Sequence record: PQ464595.1
DNA: 64,000 nt
Reading direction: 5' to 3' (one strand)
A program made the translations under genes and the position numbers. Numbering within the stretch: the first letter of the stretch is position 1; each line of letters opens with the position of its first letter. The notes beneath the pieces are model-generated. The model had not been told where the DNA came from. It saw only the letters and a program-made list of their open reading frames with translations, and ran no database searches. Below are positions 37,123-47,175 of the stretch, piece by piece.

Positions 37123-40100
37123 ATGGCGAACGAATTTAAATTTCAGGCTTCTAAAGTAGCTGAAGCAGTGAATCAAAAATTGTTCATTAAAAGATTGCCA
37201 GAATGGATGCAAGGTCTAGAACAAATTCAAATGTTCTGTGATGACATTATCCAACAATGGTTTAATCCAGCAGATGAAGAAATCGTAGACGGTTATATCG
37301 GTGATCGCGGATCACCTGCGGCTGCTGGAAAGATTTTCCTTAATGAATTAGACCTTCAACGTCAAGATTATCAGTTTAGTCCAGCATATGTATCCCGTAA
37401 TAGTGATACCAGCGTTCGTTCTCTCCAATTCTACCCTGATTTAGTCGGTTATTTGGAGCATTACGGTGCGTTAACTGAGAATCAAGCACGTCTCTTAAGT
37501 GGGAAGTTCTATTCATGGACTCCACCAATTAACCCTAACAAATTACAAAACTTCAGTTCCTATTTGTGGGATACAGAAAACGAATATGGTATTTCTCCAG
37601 ACTATATCGTAATGGAACGTGGTGCTCTAAATGGTAACACATGGTCATTACAGAACTTCTGGTATACCATTGGACAAACTCTGCCTGATGGAACTGTTGT
37701 AACTGAACAAATGGCACAAGGAACTCGTTTCCGTCGTGCACAAGCTCCAATCATTGAGTTCAATAAGAACATTGAACTAATGAACTACGGTACTCGCTAT
37801 CGTGGTGATGTTGATTATCTATCAGATTCTATTAAACCAGAAGATATTGTACAGAAAAACGTTGGTAACAACGTTCGTATTGACGGATTTGTACTTAAAG
37901 CTGGTGATCGTATTCTATTCACTAGTATTGGTAACGCTGGTGAAAACAACCGTATCTATAAAGTGTACATTAAGCAAATGGCTGACGGAACACGTGTGTA
38001 CGGCCTTGTATTAGACGAAGACGAAGAAACAACCGCACGTCCAACTGGTGAGCCTTTGCTCGGTGACGTGGTTCTGGTGCGTTCTGGTAACGTATATGGC
38101 AATACTGCTGTGTATTGGAATGGTAACGAATGGACTGAAGCACAAGCTAAGCCTGGTGTTAATTCATTCCCATTGTTCCAATTATACGATAAGAACGGTA
38201 TTAAGCTAGATAACAGTACTGCTTACCCAAGCAGCACCTTTACTGGTTCAAGTTTGTTCGGCCTAAAAATCAATTACAACTACGGTATGGACAAGATCTA
38301 TCAAGAACATGTAGAATTAAGTGAATACAACTACTACATCTTTGAGAACTTCCTACAAACTGTTCGTTATACGTATTCAAAAGCTGGTGCTCTAACAGAA
38401 ATCCCAGGTTTGTATTTCTATAACGTCATTGGGGAAGATGTATCTGGTGATCTAGTACGTAACCTACACTCGGATTGGGTTCGTAATCCAGAAGAATCAA
38501 AACAAACTGTTCGTCAAGTACCTGAAGTTACTAAATCTTCAATGTATCGTGTGTTCAATACTGTTTCAGAGATGAATCTATTCAAGTCTCCAGTAGAAAA
38601 CATGTACGCATATGTAGTTGAGAACGACAAAACTTACAAATATTACCAACCATCTAACAGTACATTCATGAAATGGAATGCTATTTCTGATGTTGCTATT
38701 CAATCTGATTTGTATCAAACTACATACGAGCTTGCTCAGAAGATTGATCCAGCTAATACTGATGAAACAATTGAAGTATTCTTTAATGGTACTAAAACTT
38801 TCGACTATACTACCACTCTAACAACTGATGGTCTAGTAGATAGCATTACCTTTAATAGCAGTACTAGTATTGTTGAAGATAGTATCATTGAAATTGTTAC
38901 CTATAGTCCAACTAAGGTTCCTGATTTAGATCTAGGTTCGTACACGATTCCAATTAACTTACAGAATAACCCATACAATGACTTCGTGGATTACATTCAT
39001 CAAGGTGAATACACTCCGCACTTCTTGGATATTATCGGTAAGAACATTACTAATGGTTCCGTAAATGATTTAAACAACTATGAACTTCGTTTAGAAGCTG
39101 GTCTAGTAGATAACTCTGTTGGTACTAAGATTATTCAGAACGAAACATCTCTATTACCATTGATGCTTCATAGTGCAAATGAAAACTTGGACTTGTTCAG
39201 TGCTATTATCTTTACTCAGTACGAATATTTCCGTTTCAAAAACAAATTTAACACTCAGATGATGAAGATGTATACTAGCGATCCTGCTTCATTCATGGCT
39301 GAGAGTGCGTCTAACATCGTGGATTTGATTTTCTCTGCTATTAATGTAGGTAAAGATAATACATTCCCATTCGCGTTAGACAACGTAGGTTCTAATACTA
39401 CAACTAACAAGACGTTTATTCCACCTACTCCACAATTCTTAGGTATCCTAAAACCTTACACTCCAGAAAAAGCTACATACGTACATGTAGGTAGTACAAT
39501 TGGTTGTTATAACATCGACCATATGGGTGTAATCAGTAAAGCATATCGTGTAATTAATGGTGTAGACCTAATGGATGACGTTATCTATGAACTAGAGAAT
39601 CGTATCTTCTCAAGTATTGATAATACATTTAAGGCGATTGATTTCGTTCCAGCAATGGATTCTGATTTCTTGAAACCAACCCCGTACTTTGAAAGTACTG
39701 CGTACAATTCAGATGAATATAATTCACTAGAACTACGTGGATACGTTAACTTCATCGCTACTCAGGGTATTGATAATAGTACACATAGCTACGACCAATC
39801 TAACTGGATGACATGGAACTATACCGGAACAACTTACGTTGTTAACGGTCAACCAACAGATATTCCAGCACGTGGTTCATGGAGAGCAATTTATACTGAC
39901 ATGTTCGGTACATATCGCCCAGCAACCCATCCGTGGGAAATGTTCGGTTTCGCACAACGTCCAGACTGGTTTAACCAGGAATACGAACCAACTAAAGTTC
40001 GTTTAGGTACAGCGACAACTGAGTACGTTTATGTTTACCCAGCATACGTTACTGACGAGAACGGTGATCTAGTTCCAAGTGGACTATGGGATACTACTTC

Positions 40101-43100
40101 TGGTCAAGGTGACGCAAGCACTGGTACAATCCTACACGGAAGCCGTGCGGGTCAATATGACCAATACAAACGTTTTGGTACACAACCATTTGAACTAGTT
40201 AGTACTGGTACATTTGCTTCTGATGGTGAAGAAATCTTCGAACTAAATCTAATTGCTCCTGAAGTATTAGGTCTAGTCAGTGGTGCTCTAGCACATGTTA
40301 GCGAACCTTGGGTTTATGGTGACATGGGTGAGATGGAATTCACTTATATGAACACGGTAATGTACGCATATGATAAAGTTATGGCTTTATTACGTGCTAA
40401 GCCTGGTCAGTTCGCTAACTACTTCTACGATACAAAGGGAAGTACTATTCAGGAAATTACCAGTGATGGTTATCAATTCCTGTACGGTGAGTCAAACAAA
40501 CGTTTGAACTTTAACAGTACTGCTATTGTTCATGGTGAAAACAACCAACGTATCCTTGGATACCAAACATGGGTAAGTGATTACCTAACGTATCAAAATA
40601 AAAACGTAACTACAAACTATGGTGACATTCTTCGTTCGTCTTACATTAATGTCGGTCATCGTATTGGTGGATATACTAAACAAGATCAGCTAACATTTAG
40701 TTCTGATTCATTCGGTCTAGTATCTCAAGAAAACCAACACATCGGTCTAGTTAAGAGTTCTTCTTTCCGTGATGAAGCACTAAGTGCTGTTAAGATTCAA
40801 TGGACAGGATCAGGATTCTCTATTAGTGGATATGACCTTGTAGGTGCTAAACTAAATTATAAATTACCAAACAAAACTGGTCGTCGTGTATCAGTGACAG
40901 TTGGTAAACGTTCTGTTGTTCATTATAACGAGTACCTTGAACAGTACGGTTCATATGAATATGGAACACTACTTAAGACTTTCCAAGAAGTTTATACCTT
41001 CTTGTGTGGTTACGGTGAATATCTGGAAGACAGAGGCTGGATTTTTGAGGATGTTGACACTGATGGTGTTACTCAAGATTGGTCAGTAATCGGTAAGGAC
41101 TTTATCTCATGGAGTGCAACAAATCCAGCAGTAGGTGAGTTTATTTCCGTATCTCCAAGTACTAAGAACGCGAAGTTCGGTACGGCTTTCGGTTCAGTTC
41201 AATCCGTAACACAATTTAATGGTGGAGTATGGTCACTTCTTGATGATACAAACACTGGTATTCGTCCATTTGAAATTGATACATCTCGTATCGGTAACGT
41301 ATTCAGCGTTCGCGTTGAAGATGATATTGATAAGCGTATGGCTCTAATTCGCGTTAGCGTTGTTTCATATGAACATGCGGTAATCTTTGATGATAAAACT
41401 ATCTTCGGCAACGACATTTACATGCCTAAGTACGGTGTAATCCATGAAATGCTGAAAATGTATGGTTATGTTACCGGATCTTGGAATGGTCGTCTAGAAG
41501 CACCTGGATTTATTATTCTAGAAGCTGGTACTATGCCAGATTTCGAAAAACTAGTTGATGACTTCAGAAGTTATTACGATACTGACCATCCGGTAGACGA
41601 TGTTACTTTACGTAACCTTGCTCGTCACTTGATTGGATTCCAGACTCGTGATTATATTTCTCAAATGATTACAAGTGATACCTCACAAATTGATTTTTAT
41701 AAAGGCTTTATCCGTGATAAAGGTACTAATCAAGTGTTCGAACGTGTACTTCGTGTATCCAAATCGTACAACACTGATAACTACAAAGCATTACAGGAAT
41801 GGGCATTTAAAATTGGTGAATATGGTAATATCTACGGTAAGAAACACCTACAGTTCCAACTAATCAATAATGAGTTCGCACAAGAACCTCAGATGTTTAC
41901 ATTTGATTCTCTAGCAACTACTGATAGTACTGAGAACAATATTGTGTACTACGGTACTCAAGGTGTCGATTCTCGATGGATTACTCGTCCTAATGGTACA
42001 TTTGCGTTCCCAACCCGTACAGGTAAGAGTGAACGTATCCATCTACCAGATATTGGACCAGTAACACTAGATGAAGTATCTTATACTACTCGTGATTTTA
42101 CTACAGCTTACGCTGACCGTCTATCCTTTATCACTAATACGGACACAACACCTACTTCGGTATGGGTATTCCGTGATATGGATAACAACTGGAACATTTA
42201 TGAACTAGAAAATACTGGAATTACGCTTTCTTCTATCACACCAATTGGTGAAGATAGTTATACCGGAAACCATTGTACTTTACAACTAAGTGCGGCACAC
42301 GGTATGGAAGATGGAGATTACTTCTTCTTCGTAGACGAATCTGAATATATGCCAGATTTGCTAAAAGCTGAAACTCAGTACTTTACAACCGGATCTGATC
42401 CGACTAGCTTCGTAATTCCATTGAACGTGACTAATACTATCAGTTTCGCAGACAATAATCCAGTACTATATCGCTATGTTAACCGTTTCAGCACTGCTGA
42501 CGCTAAAACTGCGTATATTACTCAGAAATATTCCTATGAAGCTCCTGAAAGTACGTTATTCGTTCGTCCAACTACATACAATGATGAAACTAACGTAACT
42601 GAATTGTATATGAACGTCTATGACCCAATCAACGGCGTTATTCCTGGTAGTATCATGACTGACATTACTTATGTAAGTCCAGTTGACCCTGCTAAGTATA
42701 ACAGTGAAGATGAAACGGTACAAGCATGGGGTTCAGAGAGAGTTGGTCTTGTATGGTGGAATACAACAAATGCGTTCTTTATGGATTATACCCGTCCAAT
42801 CTATGATGAAGACGGAAACGTTGATGAAGAAGCAACAAATAGCTATAAACGCTATAATTGGGGTAAACTACTACCAAATTCTGAAATTAACGTTCTAGAA
42901 TGGGTAGCATCTCCATATCCTCCATATGAATGGGCTAAGTACTGTGAACGTCAGGCTAAGTTGAACAAGGATAATACAGCTTGGATTCCAAGTGGCGAAG
43001 CAATTGAAGACTTCTTCTCCGTATTCCAAGAATACGATGAAAGTACTAATGCTTATAAGACAGTTTACTATTTTTGGGTTAAAAACGCAATCTACGTTCC

Positions 43101-46100
43101 AAAAGTTAAGAACCGTAACAAACCATGTAATGAATTGTCTAGAACAATTCAAAATCCATCTCTGCTAAACGCTCCTTGGTTCGCACCAATTAGTACAGAT
43201 TCATTCATCATCAGTGGTCTTCAACAAGAAATCACAGATGATAAGAGCATTCTAAGTATTACATATCAAAATGATGCTACTGAAGTTGTGAAACATGAAC
43301 AGTATCAGCTATGTAAAGAAGGAATGGATTATAATTTCAACCCTGTTATTTGGGATTCAATGTGGAACTCTCTACTATCTCAAGAAACTTTACCGAATGG
43401 TACAGTACTTGAATTGAATTATCCAACTAACGATAACGGTATTTTGCCTGGTCAAACATGGTTCCGCGATGTGATTGAAGCACGTAGAACATTTGTTGAT
43501 TCAGCTAACGCAATTTACAAAACAATTAACGTAACAACTGATTCCGTAACAATGGCTGATGTGTTTAACGTGAAAACTGTAGAAGAAAACCCTAATCTTA
43601 TCAGTTTTAAAGTACTAAACTTTAATAACGAACTTGTAATTAACCCAACAACTGCTGCTTTCGTCGAGAACGATGCGGTACTAGTGAGTTCAAATGGTAC
43701 TCTACCATCTCCGTTGGATTCAACAACTGTGTACTTCGTACACTTCGATGAAAACAATTACATTCGTTTAATGAACTCTCCAAGTACTGGAGGTACAGCA
43801 GTTTACATTACTCTTGAAAACCGTGGGGAAGGTCAGCATAAAATGATCAAGCAAGCTGACTATATTGAATCCCTTGGAACTTCTCTTGATATGACTCAGT
43901 ATTGGTCACTAGCTGACTGGTACTCAATCGGTTACGACGAGAACACTACATACACTGATGAAATAAGCATTGATGTAGCGAACACGAAGAACTATCAAGA
44001 AGGTGACGTGATTCGTATTCTTGATGCAGATGGTGTTTGGACATTGTATGTTAAAACTTTGTCAAGACAAGTAGTTATCTGGCAAGCTATTGCTCGTCAG
44101 AACAGTACTGTCGCATTGAACAACCAATTGTATAACGGTTACGAGCAGTATAATGCTGATGGTTCATTGTCTAATGTTGAAATTAACGTTCGCAAAGCTC
44201 TTGCTTTGATCAAGAACTCTTTCAACACTACTCAGAGTCGTTTAGTATTTGATATGGTTAAGTATGTTCATACTGAACAAACTGTAGTAGCATGGGTATT
44301 CAAAACTTCTTATATCTATATTGTTGGTCTAGAGCAATCTCTACAACAAAATAGTAGTACTGATAACTTGATTAGTCAAATTGTTGAGTACTTCGAAGAA
44401 GTTAAGCCGTACAGAACGAAAATTCGTTCTCAGATTGAGCAGAAAACCTCTAACACTGATGAAATGACAGGTATCAGCAATGACCTAGATCCTAACGGAT
44501 ATGTCTTCATCAACGGTGCTTGGGTTAAGACGCAATCAGATATTTGGGATCATGAATACGCTCAGTATAACAGTACTACAGGCAAATGGGAAATTGTAGG
44601 TTCACTACCAAGTGACTTTACCTCACCGAACCGTAGATTCCAAGAATCTTACGAGATGTTGGTATATGATAACTTCCAATGTACACCAGATGCTGATTTA
44701 GCTGATGCTCTAACACTAGAAGCTGTTAATAACTCATACATGAGTAACGCAGATGACCTTCTAAGTGCTGGTAATCACTATAAGCTACAACGTTACGCAT
44801 TTACATATCCAGTAATTGATGATGCCGCTATTGAACGAAATGTGTTCTCCGGTATTAGTTCGATTTACACGAATATGGATTTAACACTAACACTAGAAGA
44901 AGCTATTAAGGCTCAACTAGCTGAATATAAAGATGACGTAGAGTTATCAGCACAATTCGAGAGTGATCTTCAACGTGTGTATAATTCAGTAATTAGTGCT
45001 GAACCAACTGTTACAACAGCAACACAATATGGTCAATACAATACATTAGCGAACCGTCGCAGACTGTATACCCAGCTAAATGATAGTACAATTTCACAAG
45101 AAATGAACTGTCCATTTAAAGGACGTGTACTATCTGATAACTTGAACACTCGCTTACCATTCGGATACTCCGGTTCCAATGGTGAAACTTACGGATATAT
45201 CCTGTACAGTCGTGACTTGTACGATAAGTTCGTATCGCTTGTTCTAGAAGCTAATCCTACATTCAGTACTGATGAAATCAATAACTACCTAGTGTATGAA
45301 TATGGTTTATATCCTTGGATGTATGATATTGAAAATACGGACGCAACCAGCGGTGAATTGAATGGTAAAAACTACTTAGATACATTATATGTTCTAACAG
45401 CAATGTTGAATACATATAACCCTGATGAAGTTGATACTTTTGAAATTGCTCGTCAAATTTTGACAACACCAACGATTGATATGTACTGTATGGTTATGAT
45501 TCCACGTAAGCTTGCTTATGTTAAGAATCTAAACACTGATGAATATCTTTCAGTACCAATGGATACAAGCCTAGACGGATTTATGCAAGATGCTCTAATC
45601 GCTAATAACGATGTGATCGCAATGGCAGAAATCAACTTAAACGATCTACCGCTTGATATTAACAATCCATTGTACGATGAAATTCAAGATGTTCTAACGA
45701 CTGTAAATGGTGCTCAGTACGTTAATGATGCTAACGCATTTGATAGCTTCGGCTTAGAATCTCAAACAAAGAATATCGCATACTACGCATCTGGAACAGT
45801 TAACGCTACTCAAGATCCAACGTTTGTGAATATTTCTGAAATCAACCCACTAGGACTTGATTCAGCACAATTGAGATTCACCGTAAACGGATATGGTTAT
45901 GATACCTCTGGTAATACACAACTTAAATCTGTTGGTAACTTCCAAATTGAAGGACACGTTCTATTGAACCCTTACAATACTAAGGAAGCTATCGTAAGTA
46001 TCCCACGCTATAATGAAGCAATGAGTTATATGCAAAGGAACTTGATTTCTAGAAACGAAATTCGTTACTCTTACAAAGTACAAGATATTATCAATACCAC

Positions 46101-47142
46101 TGGTACTGTTCGTCTTGTTCAAGATAACGACTTTGTGGTTGGTGAAAAAGTAATGGTGTTTACACCTGAAGCTTCTGACTATGATGTTCAAATGTCTGAT
46201 GGTACTTGGAATACAGTACTACCTGTTGCGAACATCAAAACTGGTACAAGACCTAGAATTTACACAATCAGTTCTGTAAGTAATGATACAATTCGCTTAG
46301 GTGGATTTACAACTTCCAGTACATATGATAGTGAATCTACTACTCTTATGAACCCAGGTCGTCCAACTGCTATTAATATTGTTCGAATCACCTCTTTCAA
46401 CGATGCGTCGTTTGTAAGTGGTAGCATTGCGAAGTACAGTACTGACCGTTCTTACCAAATTAACATTCTTGATTATGACTTGTTCTATGACAGAATGCTT
46501 AAGAGTGGAGCGTATACTGATACTTACAGTACTGATGATTACGATGATTGGTACATTTCTAATGAAATTGTTGAGGTGGATGGAGTTGAAGTTGACCACG
46601 GATACTATCTACCAATTTACGGTAAAGGTGTTCTAAGCGAACTAGTACGTACTAAGATGGATGATAGTCTACAGATATTCGTTTACGAATACTCAGGCAT
46701 CAACCCTGTTAAGAGTGGCGACACTTGGACTTACAGCGGTACATTAGTTGATAACGTTTATATCAGTGACAGCGACGCAGCATTGGTAGTTGCGATTTCG
46801 GATTCAGTACAACATACTGGATACGTAGCTACCCCAACAAATGTTGAAAGTACTTCTATCACTAACGGTATTCTAACAAGCACAAACTCTGGCGAAGCAG
46901 ATTTGGTCGCAGTTAATAACGAAATTGTGTTACTACGCAACAACAATAATATGTTGAGAGCAGTATACGGTACAGTTGAAAACAATTATGAGACAGGAAC
47001 AACATATACTAAGTTAGGTGTTATTCTTGGGAAAGAGGAAGATTTGGAAGTGTATGCTAACCATTATCCTCAAATACCTTTGAGTACATTTAGTAATGGT
47101 TATGTAGTGAGTGGAGCAGTAATTGGACAATTACTACAATAA
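37123..47142 (+). CDS. Giant baseplate wedge protein (gp7-like, putative), about 3340 aa
   Basis: Follows gp6; single long ORF; YFEEVKPYRTKIR motif; SD GGAG before MANEF. Confidence 0.7.
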   Translation: MANEFKFQASKVAEAVNQKLFIKRLPEWMQGLEQIQMFCDDIIQQWFNPADEEIVDGYIGDRGSPAAAGKIFLNELDLQRQDYQFSPAYVSRNSDTSVRSLQFYPDLVGYLEHYGALTENQARLLSGKFYSWTPPINPNKLQNFSSYLWDTENEYGISPDYIVMERGALNGNTWSLQNFWYTIGQTLPDGTVVTEQMAQGTRFRRAQAPIIEFNKNIELMNYGTRYRGDVDYLSDSIKPEDIVQKNVGNNVRIDGFVLKAGDRILFTSIGNAGENNRIYKVYIKQMADGTRVYGLVLDEDEETTARPTGEPLLGDVVLVRSGNVYGNTAVYWNGNEWTEAQAKPGVNSFPLFQLYDKNGIKLDNSTAYPSSTFTGSSLFGLKINYNYGMDKIYQEHVELSEYNYYIFENFLQTVRYTYSKAGALTEIPGLYFYNVIGEDVSGDLVRNLHSDWVRNPEESKQTVRQVPEVTKSSMYRVFNTVSEMNLFKSPVENMYAYVVENDKTYKYYQPSNSTFMKWNAISDVAIQSDLYQTTYELAQKIDPANTDETIEVFFNGTKTFDYTTTLTTDGLVDSITFNSSTSIVEDSIIEIVTYSPTKVPDLDLGSYTIPINLQNNPYNDFVDYIHQGEYTPHFLDIIGKNITNGSVNDLNNYELRLEAGLVDNSVGTKIIQNETSLLPLMLHSANENLDLFSAIIFTQYEYFRFKNKFNTQMMKMYTSDPASFMAESASNIVDLIFSAINVGKDNTFPFALDNVGSNTTTNKTFIPPTPQFLGILKPYTPEKATYVHVGSTIGCYNIDHMGVISKAYRVINGVDLMDDVIYELENRIFSSIDNTFKAIDFVPAMDSDFLKPTPYFESTAYNSDEYNSLELRGYVNFIATQGIDNSTHSYDQSNWMTWNYTGTTYVVNGQPTDIPARGSWRAIYTDMFGTYRPATHPWEMFGFAQRPDWFNQEYEPTKVRLGTATTEYVYVYPAYVTDENGDLVPSGLWDTTSGQGDASTGTILHGSRAGQYDQYKRFGTQPFELVSTGTFASDGEEIFELNLIAPEVLGLVSGALAHVSEPWVYGDMGEMEFTYMNTVMYAYDKVMALLRAKPGQFANYFYDTKGSTIQEITSDGYQFLYGESNKRLNFNSTAIVHGENNQRILGYQTWVSDYLTYQNKNVTTNYGDILRSSYINVGHRIGGYTKQDQLTFSSDSFGLVSQENQHIGLVKSSSFRDEALSAVKIQWTGSGFSISGYDLVGAKLNYKLPNKTGRRVSVTVGKRSVVHYNEYLEQYGSYEYGTLLKTFQEVYTFLCGYGEYLEDRGWIFEDVDTDGVTQDWSVIGKDFISWSATNPAVGEFISVSPSTKNAKFGTAFGSVQSVTQFNGGVWSLLDDTNTGIRPFEIDTSRIGNVFSVRVEDDIDKRMALIRVSVVSYEHAVIFDDKTIFGNDIYMPKYGVIHEMLKMYGYVTGSWNGRLEAPGFIILEAGTMPDFEKLVDDFRSYYDTDHPVDDVTLRNLARHLIGFQTRDYISQMITSDTSQIDFYKGFIRDKGTNQVFERVLRVSKSYNTDNYKALQEWAFKIGEYGNIYGKKHLQFQLINNEFAQEPQMFTFDSLATTDSTENNIVYYGTQGVDSRWITRPNGTFAFPTRTGKSERIHLPDIGPVTLDEVSYTTRDFTTAYADRLSFITNTDTTPTSVWVFRDMDNNWNIYELENTGITLSSITPIGEDSYTGNHCTLQLSAAHGMEDGDYFFFVDESEYMPDLLKAETQYFTTGSDPTSFVIPLNVTNTISFADNNPVLYRYVNRFSTADAKTAYITQKYSYEAPESTLFVRPTTYNDETNVTELYMNVYDPINGVIPGSIMTDITYVSPVDPAKYNSEDETVQAWGSERVGLVWWNTTNAFFMDYTRPIYDEDGNVDEEATNSYKRYNWGKLLPNSEINVLEWVASPYPPYEWAKYCERQAKLNKDNTAWIPSGEAIEDFFSVFQEYDESTNAYKTVYYFWVKNAIYVPKVKNRNKPCNELSRTIQNPSLLNAPWFAPISTDSFIISGLQQEITDDKSILSITYQNDATEVVKHEQYQLCKEGMDYNFNPVIWDSMWNSLLSQETLPNGTVLELNYPTNDNGILPGQTWFRDVIEARRTFVDSANAIYKTINVTTDSVTMADVFNVKTVEENPNLISFKVLNFNNELVINPTTAAFVENDAVLVSSNGTLPSPLDSTTVYFVHFDENNYIRLMNSPSTGGTAVYITLENRGEGQHKMIKQADYIESLGTSLDMTQYWSLADWYSIGYDENTTYTDEISIDVANTKNYQEGDVIRILDADGVWTLYVKTLSRQVVIWQAIARQNSTVALNNQLYNGYEQYNADGSLSNVEINVRKALALIKNSFNTTQSRLVFDMVKYVHTEQTVVAWVFKTSYIYIVGLEQSLQQNSSTDNLISQIVEYFEEVKPYRTKIRSQIEQKTSNTDEMTGISNDLDPNGYVFINGAWVKTQSDIWDHEYAQYNSTTGKWEIVGSLPSDFTSPNRRFQESYEMLVYDNFQCTPDADLADALTLEAVNNSYMSNADDLLSAGNHYKLQRYAFTYPVIDDAAIERNVFSGISSIYTNMDLTLTLEEAIKAQLAEYKDDVELSAQFESDLQRVYNSVISAEPTVTTATQYGQYNTLANRRRLYTQLNDSTISQEMNCPFKGRVLSDNLNTRLPFGYSGSNGETYGYILYSRDLYDKFVSLVLEANPTFSTDEINNYLVYEYGLYPWMYDIENTDATSGELNGKNYLDTLYVLTAMLNTYNPDEVDTFEIARQILTTPTIDMYCMVMIPRKLAYVKNLNTDEYLSVPMDTSLDGFMQDALIANNDVIAMAEINLNDLPLDINNPLYDEIQDVLTTVNGAQYVNDANAFDSFGLESQTKNIAYYASGTVNATQDPTFVNISEINPLGLDSAQLRFTVNGYGYDTSGNTQLKSVGNFQIEGHVLLNPYNTKEAIVSIPRYNEAMSYMQRNLISRNEIRYSYKVQDIINTTGTVRLVQDNDFVVGEKVMVFTPEASDYDVQMSDGTWNTVLPVANIKTGTRPRIYTISSVSNDTIRLGGFTTSSTYDSESTTLMNPGRPTAINIVRITSFNDASFVSGSIAKYSTDRSYQINILDYDLFYDRMLKSGAYTDTYSTDDYDDWYISNEIVEVDGVEVDHGYYLPIYGKGVLSELVRTKMDDSLQIFVYEYSGINPVKSGDTWTYSGTLVDNVYISDSDAALVVAISDSVQHTGYVATPTNVESTSITNGILTSTNSGEADLVAVNNEIVLLRNNNNMLRAVYGTVENNYETGTTYTKLGVILGKEEDLEVYANHYPQIPLSTFSNGYVVSGAVIGQLLQ

Positions 47143-47143
47143 T

Positions 47144-47171
47144 AAAAAAGGGAGCCATTGGCTCCCTTTTT
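47144..47171. terminator. Bidirectional terminator
   Basis: A-tract, GGGAGCC-ATT-GGCTCCC, T-tract. Confidence 0.9.
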
Positions 47172-47175
47172 GTTT

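Noticed and set aside
37123-47142. Stop-codon recoding or frameshift in very long ORFs
   Set aside because: All genes read cleanly in the standard code with dense packing; no in-frame stops are needed.
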